64,000 bases of DNA from Squalus acanthias (lineage: Eukaryota), in the NCBI GenBank assembly GCA_030390025.1, contig CM059432.1:153080001-153144000 (forward strand), read 5' to 3'. A program made the position numbers and the translations under genes. Positions 1 through 12,451 of the stretch are shown here, piece after piece (position 1 is the first letter of the stretch; each line of letters begins with the position of its first letter). The notes under the pieces are model-generated. The model searched no databases and had not been told where the DNA came from. It saw only the letters and a program-made list of their open reading frames with translations.

Positions 1-870
1 CTTCACCAAGAAGGCGGTCACAGAACTCTGCCACCTCCTGCAACCAGACCTGCAACCTCAAAGCAGGATGACCACGGCTCTCCCAGTGGCTCTCAAGGTC
101 ACCGTGGCCTTCAATTTCTTCGCCAGCGGATCCTTCAGTCTGCAGCAGGTGACATAGCTAACATCCCCCAGTTCACTGTCCATCGCTGCATCTGGGAGGT
201 CACAGAGGCTCTGCACTCCAAGAGAAGGGACTTCATTGACTTCTCCCTGAACAGAGAGAAGCAGGACGAGCATGCATGTGGCTTTGGCAGGATAGCGGGC
301 TTCCCCATGGTGCAGGACGCTATCGACTACACATGGCTTTGCAGGCACCGTATATCATTCCTGAGATGATCTGTAACCGCAAAGGCTACCACTCACTTAA
401 TGTGCAGTTGGTGTGTGACCACGCCCAGCGATTCCTGATGGTCAATGCTCGCTATCCTGGCAGCTGTCATGACACCTTCATCCTGCGCTAGTCCGGTGTG
501 CCAGCAATCTTCCAGCCACCACGTCAAACCTGAGCATGGCTGCTCGGAGACAAGGGACTATCCACTCTGCACCTGGCTCATGACTCCCCTCCGCAACCCC
601 ACCACTTGTGCCCAGCACTCATATAATAAGAGCCATGCTGCCACCAGGAACATCATCGAGCAGACCATTGGGCTGCTGAAGCAACGGTTCCGCTGCTTAA
701 CTGCTCGGGAGGAGCCCTCCAATGCTCGCCAGAGTGGGCTTACCATTTCGTGGTGGTCTGCTGCATGCTTCACAACTTGGCCATCATGAGGGTGCAGCCA
801 TTGTTGCCAGGGATTGTGGGACCACCTCAGGAGGAGGAAGAGGATGAGGAGGGAGGAAGGAAGCAGGCAG
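1..870 (+). pseudogene. Harbinger (HARBI1-like) DDE transposase, frameshifted
   Basis: Motifs [45 protein letters not shown] and VVCCMLHN are spread over several frames. Confidence 0.9.
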
Positions 871-1416
871 CAAATCCCCGTTGCTCACCACTTCCCCATC
901 ATACCATCCCTCTGTCACGGAACATCACAGTGTCCTCCTGGGCACAAAGCTGAAATGAGAGCCACCACAAAACACACATTCCAGACAAAAATCATAAACT
1001 TATCAGAATCCAATTAACATTATAAAATGAACTAATCACCCTTGTGCAATCCCTTAGTGTCTGTCGTTCATGTACCTTTTCCTACTCTAGTGCTCCTACG
1101 CAGTGCTCCCCCAGTGGCTGCAGCATAGCTGGTGGAAGGCTGCTGACTTTCAGTGGGGGAGACATGATGGCCTTGCAGAATGACCTCGACCAGCTGTGGG
1201 CCTAGAAGGCCTGGCTGTAGACTGCACCACCTCGGCATGGGCAGTAGCAGTCTGGGCTGGCTGGCTGATAGGCAGCAGCAAGTGCAATGGTGGAGTGGCA
1301 GTGGTGGGAGTAGGAATGCTGTCATGCTGAGAGAGGACAGCAGGTTCTTGCTCCACAGACCCACTGCCACTCCCCCGGGGTGGTGCCTCAGCATTCCTAG
1401 CAATCTGTTGGAGGAC

Positions 1417-2992
1417 TGCATCTGTGGGATGCATCCTAGGATGCTGAGGGAATTGAGGGAGGAAATCGCGGAGGTACCGGCCATAATATTCCAATCCTCC
1501 TTAGATACGGGGGTGGTGCCAGAGGACTGGAGAATTGCAAATGTCACACCTATGTTCAAAAAAGGGTGTAAAGTTAAACCCAGCAACTACAGGCCAGTCA
1601 GTTTGACATCAGTAGTGGGGAAGCTTTTAGAAACAGTAATCAGGGACAAAATTAACAGTCACTTAGACAAGTGTGGATTAATTAAGGAAAGCCAGCACAG
1701 ATTTGTTAAAGACAAATTGTGTTTAACTAACTTGATCGAGTTTTTTGATGAGGTAACAGAGAGGGTTGATGAGGGCAATGCGGTTGACGTGGTGTACATG
1801 GATTTCCAAAAGGCGTTCGACAAAGTGCCATATAATAGGCTTGCCAGCAAAGTTGAAGCCCATGGAATAAAAGGGACAGTGGCAGCATGGATACAGAATT
1901 GGCTAAGTGACAGGAAACAGAGAGTAGAGGTGAACGGTTGTTTTTTGGACTGGAGGAAGGTATACACAGTGGTGTTCCCCAGGGGTCGGTTCTAGGACCA
2001 CTGCTTTTCTTGATATATATTAATGACTTGGACGTGGGTGTACAGGGCACAATTTCAAAATTTGCAGATGACACAAAACTTGGAAGTATAATGAACAGTG
2101 AGGAGGAGAGTGATAGACTTCAGGAAGACATAGACAGGCTGGTGAAATGGGCGGACACGTGGCAGATGAAATTTAACGCAGAAAAGTGTGAAGTGATACA
2201 TTTTGATAGAAAGAATGAGGGGAGGACATATAAACTAAATGGTACAATTCTAAAGAGGGTGCACGAACAGACAGACCTGGAGGTATATGTCCACAAATTG
2301 TTGAAGGTGGCAGGGCAGGTTGAGAAAGCAGTTAAAAAGGCTTACGGGATCCTGGGCTTCATAATTAGAGGTATCGAGTACAAAAGTGTGGAAATTATGA
2401 TGAACCTGTATAAAACACTGGTTTGGCCCCAACTGGAGTACTGTGTCCAATTCTGGGCACCACACTTTAGGAAGGATGTGAAGGCCTTAGAGAGGGTGCA
2501 GAAAAGATTTATGAGAATGATTCCAGGAATGAGGGACTTTAGTTACGTTGATAGACTGGAGAAGCTGGGGTTGTTCTCCTTGGAGCAGAGAAGATTGAGA
2601 GGAGATTTGATAGAGGTGTTCAAAATCATGAGGGGACTGGACAGAGTAGATAGAGAGAAACTGTTCCCATTGGCAGAAGGGTCGAGAACCAGAGGACACA
2701 GATTTAAGGTGATTGGCAAAAGAACCAAAGACGACATAAGAAAAAACTTTTTTACGCAGCAAGTGGTTATGATCTGGAATGCACTGCCTGAGAGGGTGGT
2801 GGAGGCAGATTCAATCACGGCTTTCAAAAGGGAATTGGAGAAGTATCTGAAGGAAAGAAATTTGCAGGGCTATGGGGAAAGGGCGGGGGAGTGGGATTAG
2901 CTTAAGTGCTCTTGCAGAGAGCCGGCACGGTCTCGAAGGGCCGAATGGCCTTCTTCTGTGCTGTAACCATTCTATGATTCTATGATTCTATG
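1417..2992 (+). mobile_element. 5'-truncated CR1 LINE (RT region, one frameshift) inserted in the H1 Myb gene
   Basis: ORFs 1180-1995 and 1938-2900 contain [26 protein letters not shown] and KFADD. 3' tail is (ATTCTATG)3. Flanks rejoin to match H4 near 39160-39190. Confidence 0.95.
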
Positions 2993-3996
2993 ACATTCCT
3001 GGACTGCTGTGACACCCTGCAAGCCCCTTGCAAAACTCGTAGAGCCAGCCACGATGGCAGCTGTCTGAGCTTGTGTGGCAGCAAGCTGAGCCTGCAGGAG
3101 AGCTGTCTGCGCTTCACTGCAGCACTGAGACATTGGGTCGCTTCTGCCTGTGCTGCAGTGGAAGCCGTGACATCGCCCATCACACCCAGCATCATGGCTG
3201 GGTCCACAAGGTCTCTCCTGGAGTTGTCCATCATTTCCATCCTGGAAATTATGGGCTCCAAGCTCTGCGCAAAGCCCCGTCCAATGTTGGAGCCGGACTC
3301 CGCCATGCCCCTTGACATTGCCAAGAGGCTCTCTGGCAGGCTTGCCATTGCACCTAGCAATTTAGTGTGCATGCCCATCATCCTTCTTCTGAAGGTCACC
3401 CCATCAAGGTCATCCTCTGAGTCATTTGCAGCAGAATCCGTGCGCCAAATTGCCCTCCGGGGAGTTGGCCCCCGTGCTAACCTTTCCCCCTGGCCTTGCT
3501 GCAACCCATTCGTGCCCGGTTCCTCATCCTGTGCAGATCCTGCCTCTATACTACACTTTCCACTCCGTGCAGTGTCAGATGCAGTGATGGTGTGTCTTCT
3601 TCACCTGCATCACTCTCCTTCACAACATCATTGTTAGGCTGCGCTGGTGGCACTGCTTGGGTATCTGAAAGCAGAAAAGCACAAGGATCGGGTTCTGGTG
3701 AGGGGAGGGGGGAAAGCAAGATATCCATGCATACATCATCAGCAGCTTGTTAGTGAGAAGAGATTGTGCACTGAGGGCGAAGTGGCATATGAGAAGAAAG
3801 ACTAGGTATGAGCATATCGTCATTATCAGCAAGGGTTTCAACTTCTCCCATTGTCATGTCCTCAGTCACTGCCCCTCCAATGATGTCAAGCACAGATTCT
3901 TCCAGGTCGCTCAGGTTCTGTATAGCGGCTTGGCTGCCTCCCGCCTGCTGCTGCTCCCTCCTGTTCTGAGCCACCTTTGCCTGCAAGTGGAAGGGA

Positions 3997-4790
3997 AGTG
4001 TGTCAGTGAGTGTGGTGCAATGTGTTTGGGTGATGTGTGTGTCAGTGAGTGTGGTGCAATGTGTTTGGGTGAAGTGTGTCAGTGAGTATGGTGCAATGTG
4101 TTTGGGTGATGTGTGTCAGTGAGTGTGGTGCAATGTGTTTGGGTGAAGTGTGTGTCAGTGAGTGTGGTGCAGTGTGTTTGGGTGAAGTGTGTCAGTGAGT
4201 GTGGTGCAATGTGTTTGGGTGAAGTGTGTGTCAGTGAGTGTGGTGCAATGTGTTTGGGTGAAGTGTGTCAGTGAGTGTGGTGCAATGTGTTTGGGTGAAG
4301 TGTGTCAGTGAGTGTGGTGCAATGTGTTTGGGTGAAGTGTGTCAGTGAGTGTGGTGCAATGTGTTTGGGTGAAGTGTGTCAGTGAGTGTGGTGCAATGTG
4401 TTTGGGTGAAGTGTGTCAGTGAGTGTGGAGCAATGTGTTTGGGTGATGTGTGTGTCAGTGAGTGTGGTGCAATGTGTTTGGGTGATGTGTGTGTCAGTGA
4501 GTGTGGTGCAATGTGTTTGGGTGATGTGTGTGTCAGTGAGTGTGGAGCAATGTGTTTGGGTGATGTGTGGGTCAGTGAGTGTGGTGCAATGTGTTTGGGT
4601 GAAGTGTGTCAGTGAGTGTGGTGCAATGTGTTTGGGTGAAGTGTGTCAGTGAGTGTGGTGCAATGTGTTTGGGTGATGTGTGTCAGTGAGTGTGGTGCAA
4701 TGTGTTTGGGTGAAGTGTGTGTCAGTGAGTGTGGTGCAATGTGTTTGGGTGAAGTGTGTCAGTGAGTGTGGTGCAATGTGTTTGGGTGAT
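3997..4790. repeat. Minisatellite, ~21 copies of a 37-39 bp unit GTGTGTCAGTGAGTGTGGTGCAATGTGTTTGGGTGA(A/T)
   Basis: Direct tandem units are visible. The unit is single-copy at the homologous positions of H2 (~25222) and H4 (~40125). Confidence 0.97.
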
Positions 4791-5523
4791 GTGCCTGCCA
4801 TAGTTGAATAGCAGTCAGTGTGAGCAAGGTGTGAGATGTGGTTGTGAATGTTGCATCAGTGATAAGTTTGTGAGGGTGAAGTGAAGCTATAATTGTGAGA
4901 TACGAGTGGTGATAGGTAGAGATTGTTGGTAGGTGAGTGCTGGGGGTGTGGTGCATCGAGCAGTGTGTGAGGCTTGTGGTGCAGATGGTGGGATATGGCA
5001 TTTGATGAAGCCTTCACTCACCTCGAGGTCATTAAACTTTTTCCAGCATTGGATCCAGGTCCTTGGGACCACACTGGTGGCCATGACAGAGTTAGCTATC
5101 TCCTCCCAGAGCCTTCTGCAAGTGGCCTTGGATGGCTTCCTGCCACCCTGCGGGAACAGTACAACCCGCCTTCTTTGAACGGCCATGACCAAGGCCTCCA
5201 GTGTAGCATCCGACAACCTTTGTGCTCGCTCCCTAGGTTGCTGAGCAATGTTTTTAGCCTGACTGACAATGAGGTGCTGCTTTAAGTAGTGCAGAGAGCC
5301 TCGGCCAAACATTACTGGCCATTAGACTACACCCGATATTGACCCACCTGTTCAGCGCTAAGCCAATCGGCAGCGCGTTTAGTGCTGAGATCAGCACTGC
5401 AATCATTATAATGAGCAGGCAGCGTGAATTTTGCACGTTCCCGGACCACTTTGAATTGGCGCAGCAAATAGCGCTGACCTTTGACACCGCCTGTTTTTGG
5501 GCCTAATCCAATTTCTAGGCCAA

Positions 5524-5622
5524 GATCTTTTACATCCACCTGGGAAGACAGACTTGGCCTCAGTTTAATGTCTGATCCGAAAGACGGCACCTCCAACAGT
5601 GCAGCACTCCCTCAATACTGCA
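5524..5622 (-). mobile_element. Deu-domain SINE fragment
   Basis: Matches the core of the copies at 11478-11900, 15150-15515 and 16645-17047 (GATCTTTTACATCCACCTG...GACGGCACCTCC). Confidence 0.7.
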
Positions 5623-5899
5623 GTGTGAGTTAAAGGAGTGGCACCTGATGCCAGCATCATGGTTGGAGCCTGCAGCCTGAAGAAACTTGCTAGAATTACA
5701 AAACAAGCTTATTGCCTTTTGTTTTACCTTTCACCTGGATAGAGCTGAACTTGCCTTTGACAGCCTGAAGGCCTATGAGAACACTGCAATATTTTTGTTC
5801 CCACACCCAAAGTGAGAGATTCTGAGGACATGGCGTTGGATTCCCAATGAGAATTCCCTTGTTTTTGCAATTTCAATGGAGGATGAGGAGGAAGAGCAG

Positions 5900-6575
5900 T
5901 GGAGGACGGAGGAAAGCAGAATGAGGCAACATATGAGGAGGATGTGCCCCGCAAGACATTACCCTGCCCAGAAAAAGAATTGACATGGAACACAGATTAT
6001 ATGAAGAGCTCTGCAACAGACGAGAGCCCTTCCCCAAAGAGATGATGGGGAGCTGTGCCAACGTCTACTTGAAAACTTGCGGCCCAGATCATTTCCCTGC
6101 ACGTCTCTGCCTGCGGCTGTAAAAGTGGCAACACCACTCAGTGCCACAGGCTTATTTCAAGCAGCTTGGTGGGAGTGTGGGTGGATGGTGGGGGCAGCGG
6201 GGGGGGGGGGGGTCTGTATAACATCTTTCAGGGTACCATGTTAGCATACATTCATCAGGTAACTGACACACTTATCCAAAGGGCTGGGGATTTCATCCAG
6301 TTGGCAAGGCAGCAGTCTCATTGGTTCATTCAGCTTTAGGGTGCAATATATGGTACTCGTGCACCACTGCAAGCTCCTACAGTAAACACCCTAAACTTTC
6401 TGAAAGGCTTCCACTTGCTGAATATACAGATTGTGTGTGACCAGATACAAAGAATCCTGCATGTCAATGTCAGATTCACTGGAAGTTGCCATGGTGCCTT
6501 CATGCGCAGGAATTCTCCCTTTCCTAAGCTCTTCGAGGAAAATGACCAAGAGAACAAATGATTTGAGAGTGACAT
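5900..6575 (+). pseudogene. Old, highly decayed Harbinger transposase relic
   Basis: Translatable patches SLPAAVKVAT, GAIYGTR (GAIDxTH) and KGFHLLNIQIVCDQIQRILHVNVRFTGSCHGAF. Confidence 0.8.
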
Positions 6576-7275
6576 GGCACTCCCCGTGGTGCTACGACAT
6601 GGCACTCCCCGTGGTGCTACGACATGGCACTCCCCTTGGAGCTACGACATGGCACTCCCCGTGGTGCTACGACATGGCACTCCCCTTGGAGCTACGACAT
6701 GGCACTCCCCGTGGTGCTACGACATGGCACTCCCCTTGGAGCTACGACATGGCACTCCCCGTGGTGCTACGACATGGCACTCCCCTTGGTGCTACGACAT
6801 GGCTCTCCCCTTGGAGCTACGACATGGCTCTCCCCTTGGAGTTACGACATGGCTCTCCCCTTGGAGCTACGACATGGCACTCCCCTTGGTGCTACGACAT
6901 GGCACTCCCCTTGGTGCTACGACATGGCACTCCCCTTGGTGCTACGACATGGCACTCCACTTGGAGCTACGACATGGCATTCCCCTTGGTGCTACGACAT
7001 GGCACTCCCCTTGGTGCTACGACATGGCTCTCCCCTTGGAGTTACGACATGGCTCTCCCCTTGGAGCTATGACATGGCACTCCCCTTGGTGCTACGACAT
7101 GGCTCTCCCCTTGGAGTTACGACATGGCTCTCCCCTTGGAGCTATGACATGGCACTCCCCTTGGTGCTACGACATGGCTCTCCCCTTGGAGCTACGACAT
7201 GGTACTCCCCTTGGGGCTACGACATGGCTCTCCCCTTGGTGCTACGACATGGCACTCCCCTTGGAGCTATGACAT
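6571..7275. repeat. Minisatellite, ~28 copies of 25-bp GACATGGC(A/T)CTCCCC(T/G)TGG(T/A)GCTAC
   Basis: Direct tandem units are visible and explain the three overlapping repetitive ORFs. Confidence 0.97.
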
Positions 7276-7817
7276 TTTTATTCCCTACAATCAACAAGGC
7301 AACTCACCTCCACTTGAAAACCAGTGAAAATCAGGGACAAGCCTAAGTACAAATACCAGTCAGTCCTGCCATTCAGATCTGGATCTTTTCGTCTGTAATG
7401 GCCCAAAAAATCTTTGCTAATTAAATCATCTCGAGCGCTGCAGGTCATTCTATAAAGCTCTAACTTAAGCATACCATAGGTTAAGAACTCTTCTGTTGCC
7501 TGGTGTTGTGGCACTGTAAAGGGATGCTCTCACTCCCCAAAGATGAAGCTGTTCTGAGCCAAAGGTGATATTAGGAGGAGTCACCAAAAGCTTGGTCAAA
7601 GAGGTTAAGGATGGTTCTAAAGGAAGAGAAGGACTATCATTAGTATATCATTAGTATTTCATGTATAACATCAGCATTTATGTCTTTCATTTAGAATTTC
7701 ACATGTATCATTAATATTTCATATTTATCATTTAGACTTTATGTGCATCATTTGTATTTCATATTTATCAATAGAATTAGAGAACATTCAGCACAGATGG
7801 AGGCCATCCGATCAATT

Positions 7818-9193
7818 GGGGGGAATTTTAACCCCAAAAATTGGGTGGATTGGGGTCGGGTGGGATGTTAAAGAGTTAAAAAAAAACTGAATCCGACCCA
7901 AACCCACCTCGAACCTGCCCACTTCTGGTTTTAATGGAGGCGAGACGGTGGGTGGGCAGCCAACCCGCTCCCAGGAGGTGGGTCTCCCATTTAAATATTA
8001 TAATGCCGCTCTGTGTCTCATGGTAATCCACCATTTCAAATTTAACCGCGGGCGGATTTCCCAGGCCTCGGGGAACCCGCCAGCTAACGGGAGGTGAGGA
8101 CTGCTGGATCCAGGAGGTAAGTGCCTTTCCACTTATCTGCTGGTTCCAGCGTCCCTGCCTCACCCACCTCCTGCGATCAGACCACCCCCCAAACAAGGTT
8201 TCCGATCTCCCCCCTCCTCGAGGCCTCCAATCTCCCCTCCGGCCTTCCGACCTCCACCCTCCGACCCCCGATCGCCTTCCCGGCCCATCCACATGGCCCA
8301 TCCTCCTCCGACCTCCCACCTCCAGCCCCAATCCTCCAGCCCCAATCCCTCCCTCTCTTCTTTCTGTGGCCTAGTGCCGCAGGACTACCCACCCGACAGC
8401 CAGCCAACCTCTCACTCTGGCTGTCTGCAAGCGGGAAACAGAGCTTTGAAATGCTAATTATGCCCTGCTTATTTCTAGAGGGATTGAATTGAAAAGTAGA
8501 GAAATTATGCTAAACTTGTATCGAACCTTGGTTAGACCACACTTGGAATACTGCATACAGTTCTGGTCGCCATATTACAAAAAGGATATCGAGGCACTGG
8601 AGAGGGTGCAGAGAAGATTTACAAGGATGATACCAGAAATGCGAGGGTATACATATCAGGAAAGAATGAACAGGCTGGGTCTCTTTTCTCTTGACAAAAG
8701 AAGGCTGAGGGGTGACCTAATAGAGGTCTTTAAAATTATGAAAGGTTTTGATAGAGTAGATAGAGGGAGAATGTTTCCACTTGTGGGGAAGAGCAAAACT
8801 AGAGGCCATCAATATAAGATAGTCACCAAGAAATCCAATCGGGAATTCAGAAGAAACTTCTTTACCCAGAGAGTGGTGAGAATGTGGAACTCGCTACCAC
8901 AGGGAGTGGTTGAGGCGAATAGTATAGATGCATTTAAGGGGAGGTTAGATAAGCACATGAGGGAGAAGGGAATAGAGGGTTATGCTGATAGATTTAGATG
9001 AGGAAAGACGGGAGGAGGCTCGAGTGGAGCATAAACGCCGGCATGGACTGGTTAGGCCGAGTGGCCTGTTTCTGTGCCGTATATCCTATGTAATCCTGCC
9101 ATTAAATTTGGCAGGGCCTACGGGAAAACCATTCTCCCAGGTTTCCCGACCACTTTCCTGCTTCCTACCCACCTCCAAATTAAAATTCTGGCC
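7818..9193. mobile_element. Non-autonomous Harbinger-type element (same family as 18893-20169, opposite orientation) with a CR1 insert
   Basis: Ends GGGGGGAATTTTAA / TTAAAATTCTGGCC. 7910-8125 is the reverse complement of parts of 19430-20090. TSD is unclear. Confidence 0.7.
8462..9097 (+). mobile_element. CR1 LINE 3' fragment
   Basis: ORF 8489-9001 (LVRPHLEYC, RRLRGDLIE, RNFFTQRVV) followed by a CR1-type 3'UTR. Confidence 0.92.
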
Positions 9194-10613
9194 TTATATG
9201 TTTGCTGGAATAGGAATCCCATGCCCGCTGCAGACTGAGTTACATTTAGTCAAAAGATCTCTGTTCACTTTTGAAAGGACCCTCAGTGACCAGAAGGGGG
9301 ACTTGACCTTTGATCCTCAGAGGTGAAAGGTGCCCCTTGTCACCTATATCACCTAATTACACTTGATCAGCACCAACCCTCAGAAATTAAGAACACATAA
9401 TCTTGCCCAAGTATTCTCGTACTATTCAACACTCTCAAAGGGTGGGGGGGGGATTGCGGGCATCAGTGAAACTGTTTGTATTTAATAGTATTTCACTTAC
9501 TCTGATAAATGTTACACTTAGCTGCAACACCAACTTGCAACATTTGTTTCTCCTGTTTCCTAAAGAACGCACCATGTGAACTAGCAAATCATATCGCTCG
9601 GTAATAGGAGTCGTCGAGAAGATGAACGTCAGGCTCTGACTCCTGCGCAGATCTCTCAATGAACTTGCCAATATGTGTTGAACCTTGTAATTAAATTCAC
9701 TTCCAGTCTCCTCAGGTTAGCATCAGAGAAACTCCACTCCTGAATTTGATGCAACACCAGTGTTGGCCAGACATGGGCACAGAGTGAGACAAGGGCCCAC
9801 CGGGTAAACTCACGGGACAGGAAACGCCATGTGGTAATATGGCCTCAGCACAATCTCTGGAAAGCATCTCTGTTACTGAGTATTGCAGTGATCCAGACAG
9901 GACCGGCCTCAGATATGGAACTCCACAACAGACAAGTAGAAGTCACTCTGGATTCCAAGTGTAAACAATGTGGACCAAGCCCTTCCAGAGCTGCCCCTTT
10001 GAACGTGTGAGATCACACTCTCCCACTCTCCTGCCTCAGATTTGCGATCTCACTCCCTGCGTGAGCTGTGCTGATGGTTTGTTCTCTTCCTTCATCTCTC
10101 TGAAGAGTGAGACCTTGGAGCTGAGTCTCTCGCAGCATGCACAGCACTAGCGATTAAATCTAGTGCAAGGCTTATATTTTAACTGGACCTGACCCTTGTG
10201 CTCTGGATGCTGGGATAGCCCAGATTTCACTGGGATAATCCCAAAGCAGCTGACACCCAGGTGGGCTGTGAAAAAAGAAAAAGAAATAGACACAAAAAAA
10301 TAATTTGCATTTATATAGCTCCTTTTACATCCTCAGGCATCCCAAAGCATTTTAAAGCAAATTAAATCATTTTGTTGACGTGTAGTCACTGCTGTTTGGT
10401 TTTCTCCTACCCAAAACAATACTGTGTGACTAGAAATTGGTAATATCAGACTTTGTTATAAGAAGGTTTAGTTACATCTGCACAGGTCTGTAGTCATTCT
10501 GGGCCTCGCCACTTTTTCAATTGTTGTATTATCAATTGGACATTGCCAGTCATTCTATAGCCCTTTCACAGTAATTCACACCAGGGAAAATTAAACCAGT
10601 GCCTGCACAGCGA

Positions 10614-11457
10614 GGGCTGAATTTTGAAGTTGGAGTCGGGTTGGTGTCGGGAATCACACATTCTGGCTTGTGAACCCGCCTCCATCGAGATGTGGCCAAC
10701 CCACTGTATTTTCCCTTGATTGACCTTGTTGAGCCCGCCCAGTGGGCTAAGCAGGCCAATTAAGGGCCACCCGGTAACAGGTGACGTCACAGACTGACAT
10801 TTCATCTGTCAAGAGCTTTTGACAGATGAAATATCAGCGTTTGACAGCTCTGTGAAGCTGTCAAACACTCACAATATGATTTCTAACTTCAGTCCTTCCT
10901 TTCAGGCTGAGTTAGAAATCATTCCACCACAGAAATCAGAAGGCTGCTGTTTTTGACAGGTCCACGGCTTTCCTGCTTTCTGTGCCGGTGAGATTTCTAA
11001 CTCCCGAGAACTGAAGGGCTGACACCTGCAGGAGGAAGTTAAGGTAAGTAAAACTTTTTTCAACAGTTAGCACTTACCTTACACACTTACCTCTATACAC
11101 ATGCACCCATCACTCACCTGCCCACCGGACATATCGACCCCTCCAAACCCTGCAGACCCACGGCCCAACCCGATAACTTGGAGTGTTTGCCACCTGTCGG
11201 GAAGCCCACACTTTTCCTTTGAAAATAGGGATTATGCCAAAAACTGCCTGTTAACTACCTGTTAACAGGCAGTTAATTGTCAGTAATCACTTCCCGCCTC
11301 GGGGAGTCGGGCCTCAGACCAGGTCAGGTACCCGCCGCCAGAGAAACTGGCATGGAGGCGGGTTGGAGTCGGGATGGGGTCGGGACCCCCGAATCTGCAA
11401 CTTTAACCCCCCCCCCGACTCCAAACCCGACTCCACGGGTCATTGAAAATCCAGCCC
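10614..11457 (+). mobile_element. Harbinger-type MITE, hairpin-cassette family copy 1
   Basis: TIRs GGGCTGAATTTT / AAAATCCAGCCC with TSD CGA/CGA. The last ~105 bp are nearly identical to the right end of H5. Confidence 0.9.
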
Positions 11458-11477
11458 CGAATCTTCTTTGTAAAGAA

Positions 11478-11900
11478 AGATAAATAACTTGTATTTATAT
11501 AGCACCTTTCACAACATCAGGCTGTCTCAACGTGCTTTATAGCCAATGAAGTACAGTCACTGTTGTAATGTAGGAAACGCAGCAGCCAATTTGCACACAG
11601 CAAGATCCCACAAACAACAATGAGATAAGTGATCAGATAACCTGTTTTAGTGTTGTTGGTTGAGGGATATATAATGTTGGAAGAACTGCTCTTCTTATAA
11701 ATACTGCCGTGGGATCTTTTACATCCACCTGAGAGGGCAGACAGGGCCTCGGTTTAATGTCTTATCTGAACGACGGCACCTCCAACAGCACTTCCTCAGT
11801 GCTGCACTGAAGTGTCAACCTGGATCATATGTTCAAGTCTCTGGAGTGGGGCATGAACGCAAAGGCAAGAGTGCTACAACTGAGCAAAGGCTGACACTTT
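11478..11900 (-). mobile_element. Deu-domain SINE (SacSINE1-like)
   Basis: Deu core plus a 3' tail (CTTGTATTTATATAGCA on +) shared with the L2 fragment at 12452. Confidence 0.8.
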
Positions 11901-12451
11901 GGCATTTATATAGTATGGCTCTATTATAAAAATGCTGTTTACAACCCCCAAACAAGGACCTCACTTAAAACACTATTTTTATGGCTGTCAATGGTGGGGC
12001 AAGGAAATCAGGGATGCAAATCAAAGGGGAATCCTCATCACCCACACTTCAGTTTTGTATATAGAAATGCACAAACAGAATAAACATGCACAGAGGGGAA
12101 AAGATATACCTAAGGAACATTTACTACATTACATTTAATTCACAGAAAGTGAGGCTATGGCCGCAGCAGTTGATCATCCACATCCGTGACCTTAATAGAT
12201 TCCCAAACACAGAAGAATAGGCCTTGAATCAAGGTAACATCTTTTATCAAAGCTAATGTGGGCCTTCACATGAGGCCAGTGTCTGCATTCTCAGAGATAG
12301 TATCCATTCTTTTAGTTCATGTTCCTAGGAGGAAATAAGCTTGAACATCAACAATAAAGCTTTTAAATAGAATTTATAAAACAGGTTAGGGTGGATTGTC
12401 CAGTATGTTGTAATACTGCCACTCAAGTATCACCTTTTAACTGAGAGTATC

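Larger units (their letters stand above)
1032..5249 (-). pseudogene. Harbinger Myb/SANT-like accessory gene, interrupted by a CR1 and a minisatellite
   Basis: Exon 1 reads LEALV..LFP..LWEEIA..RTWIQCWKKFNDL and exon 2 reads AKVAQNRREQ. Exon 3 is split by the CR1 at 1417-2992. The C-terminus is homologous to H2 and H4. Confidence 0.85.
1..5521. mobile_element. PIF/Harbinger DNA transposon H1 (left end outside window, degenerate)
   Basis: Transposase remnant plus convergent Myb-like gene. Right end ...CCAATTTCTAGGCC matches the GGCCTAGAAATT TIR of H4. Collinear with H2 and H4. Confidence 0.9.

Noticed and set aside
1180..1995. Novel Myb-RT fusion ORF
   Set aside because: The N-terminus is antisense read-through of the Myb exon into a 5'-truncated CR1.
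3997..7275. Repeat arrays as CRISPR-like loci
   Set aside because: Units are contiguous with no unique spacers, there are no cas genes, and the context is eukaryotic.
6431..7346. Three long overlapping ORFs of 213-240 aa
   Set aside because: They are an artefact of a stop-free 25-bp tandem repeat.
9570..9690. Possible terminal exon on the minus strand (GSTHIGKFIERSAQESEPDVHLLDDSYYRAI*)
   Set aside because: The acceptor is weak, no upstream exon could be linked, and no family was recognised.
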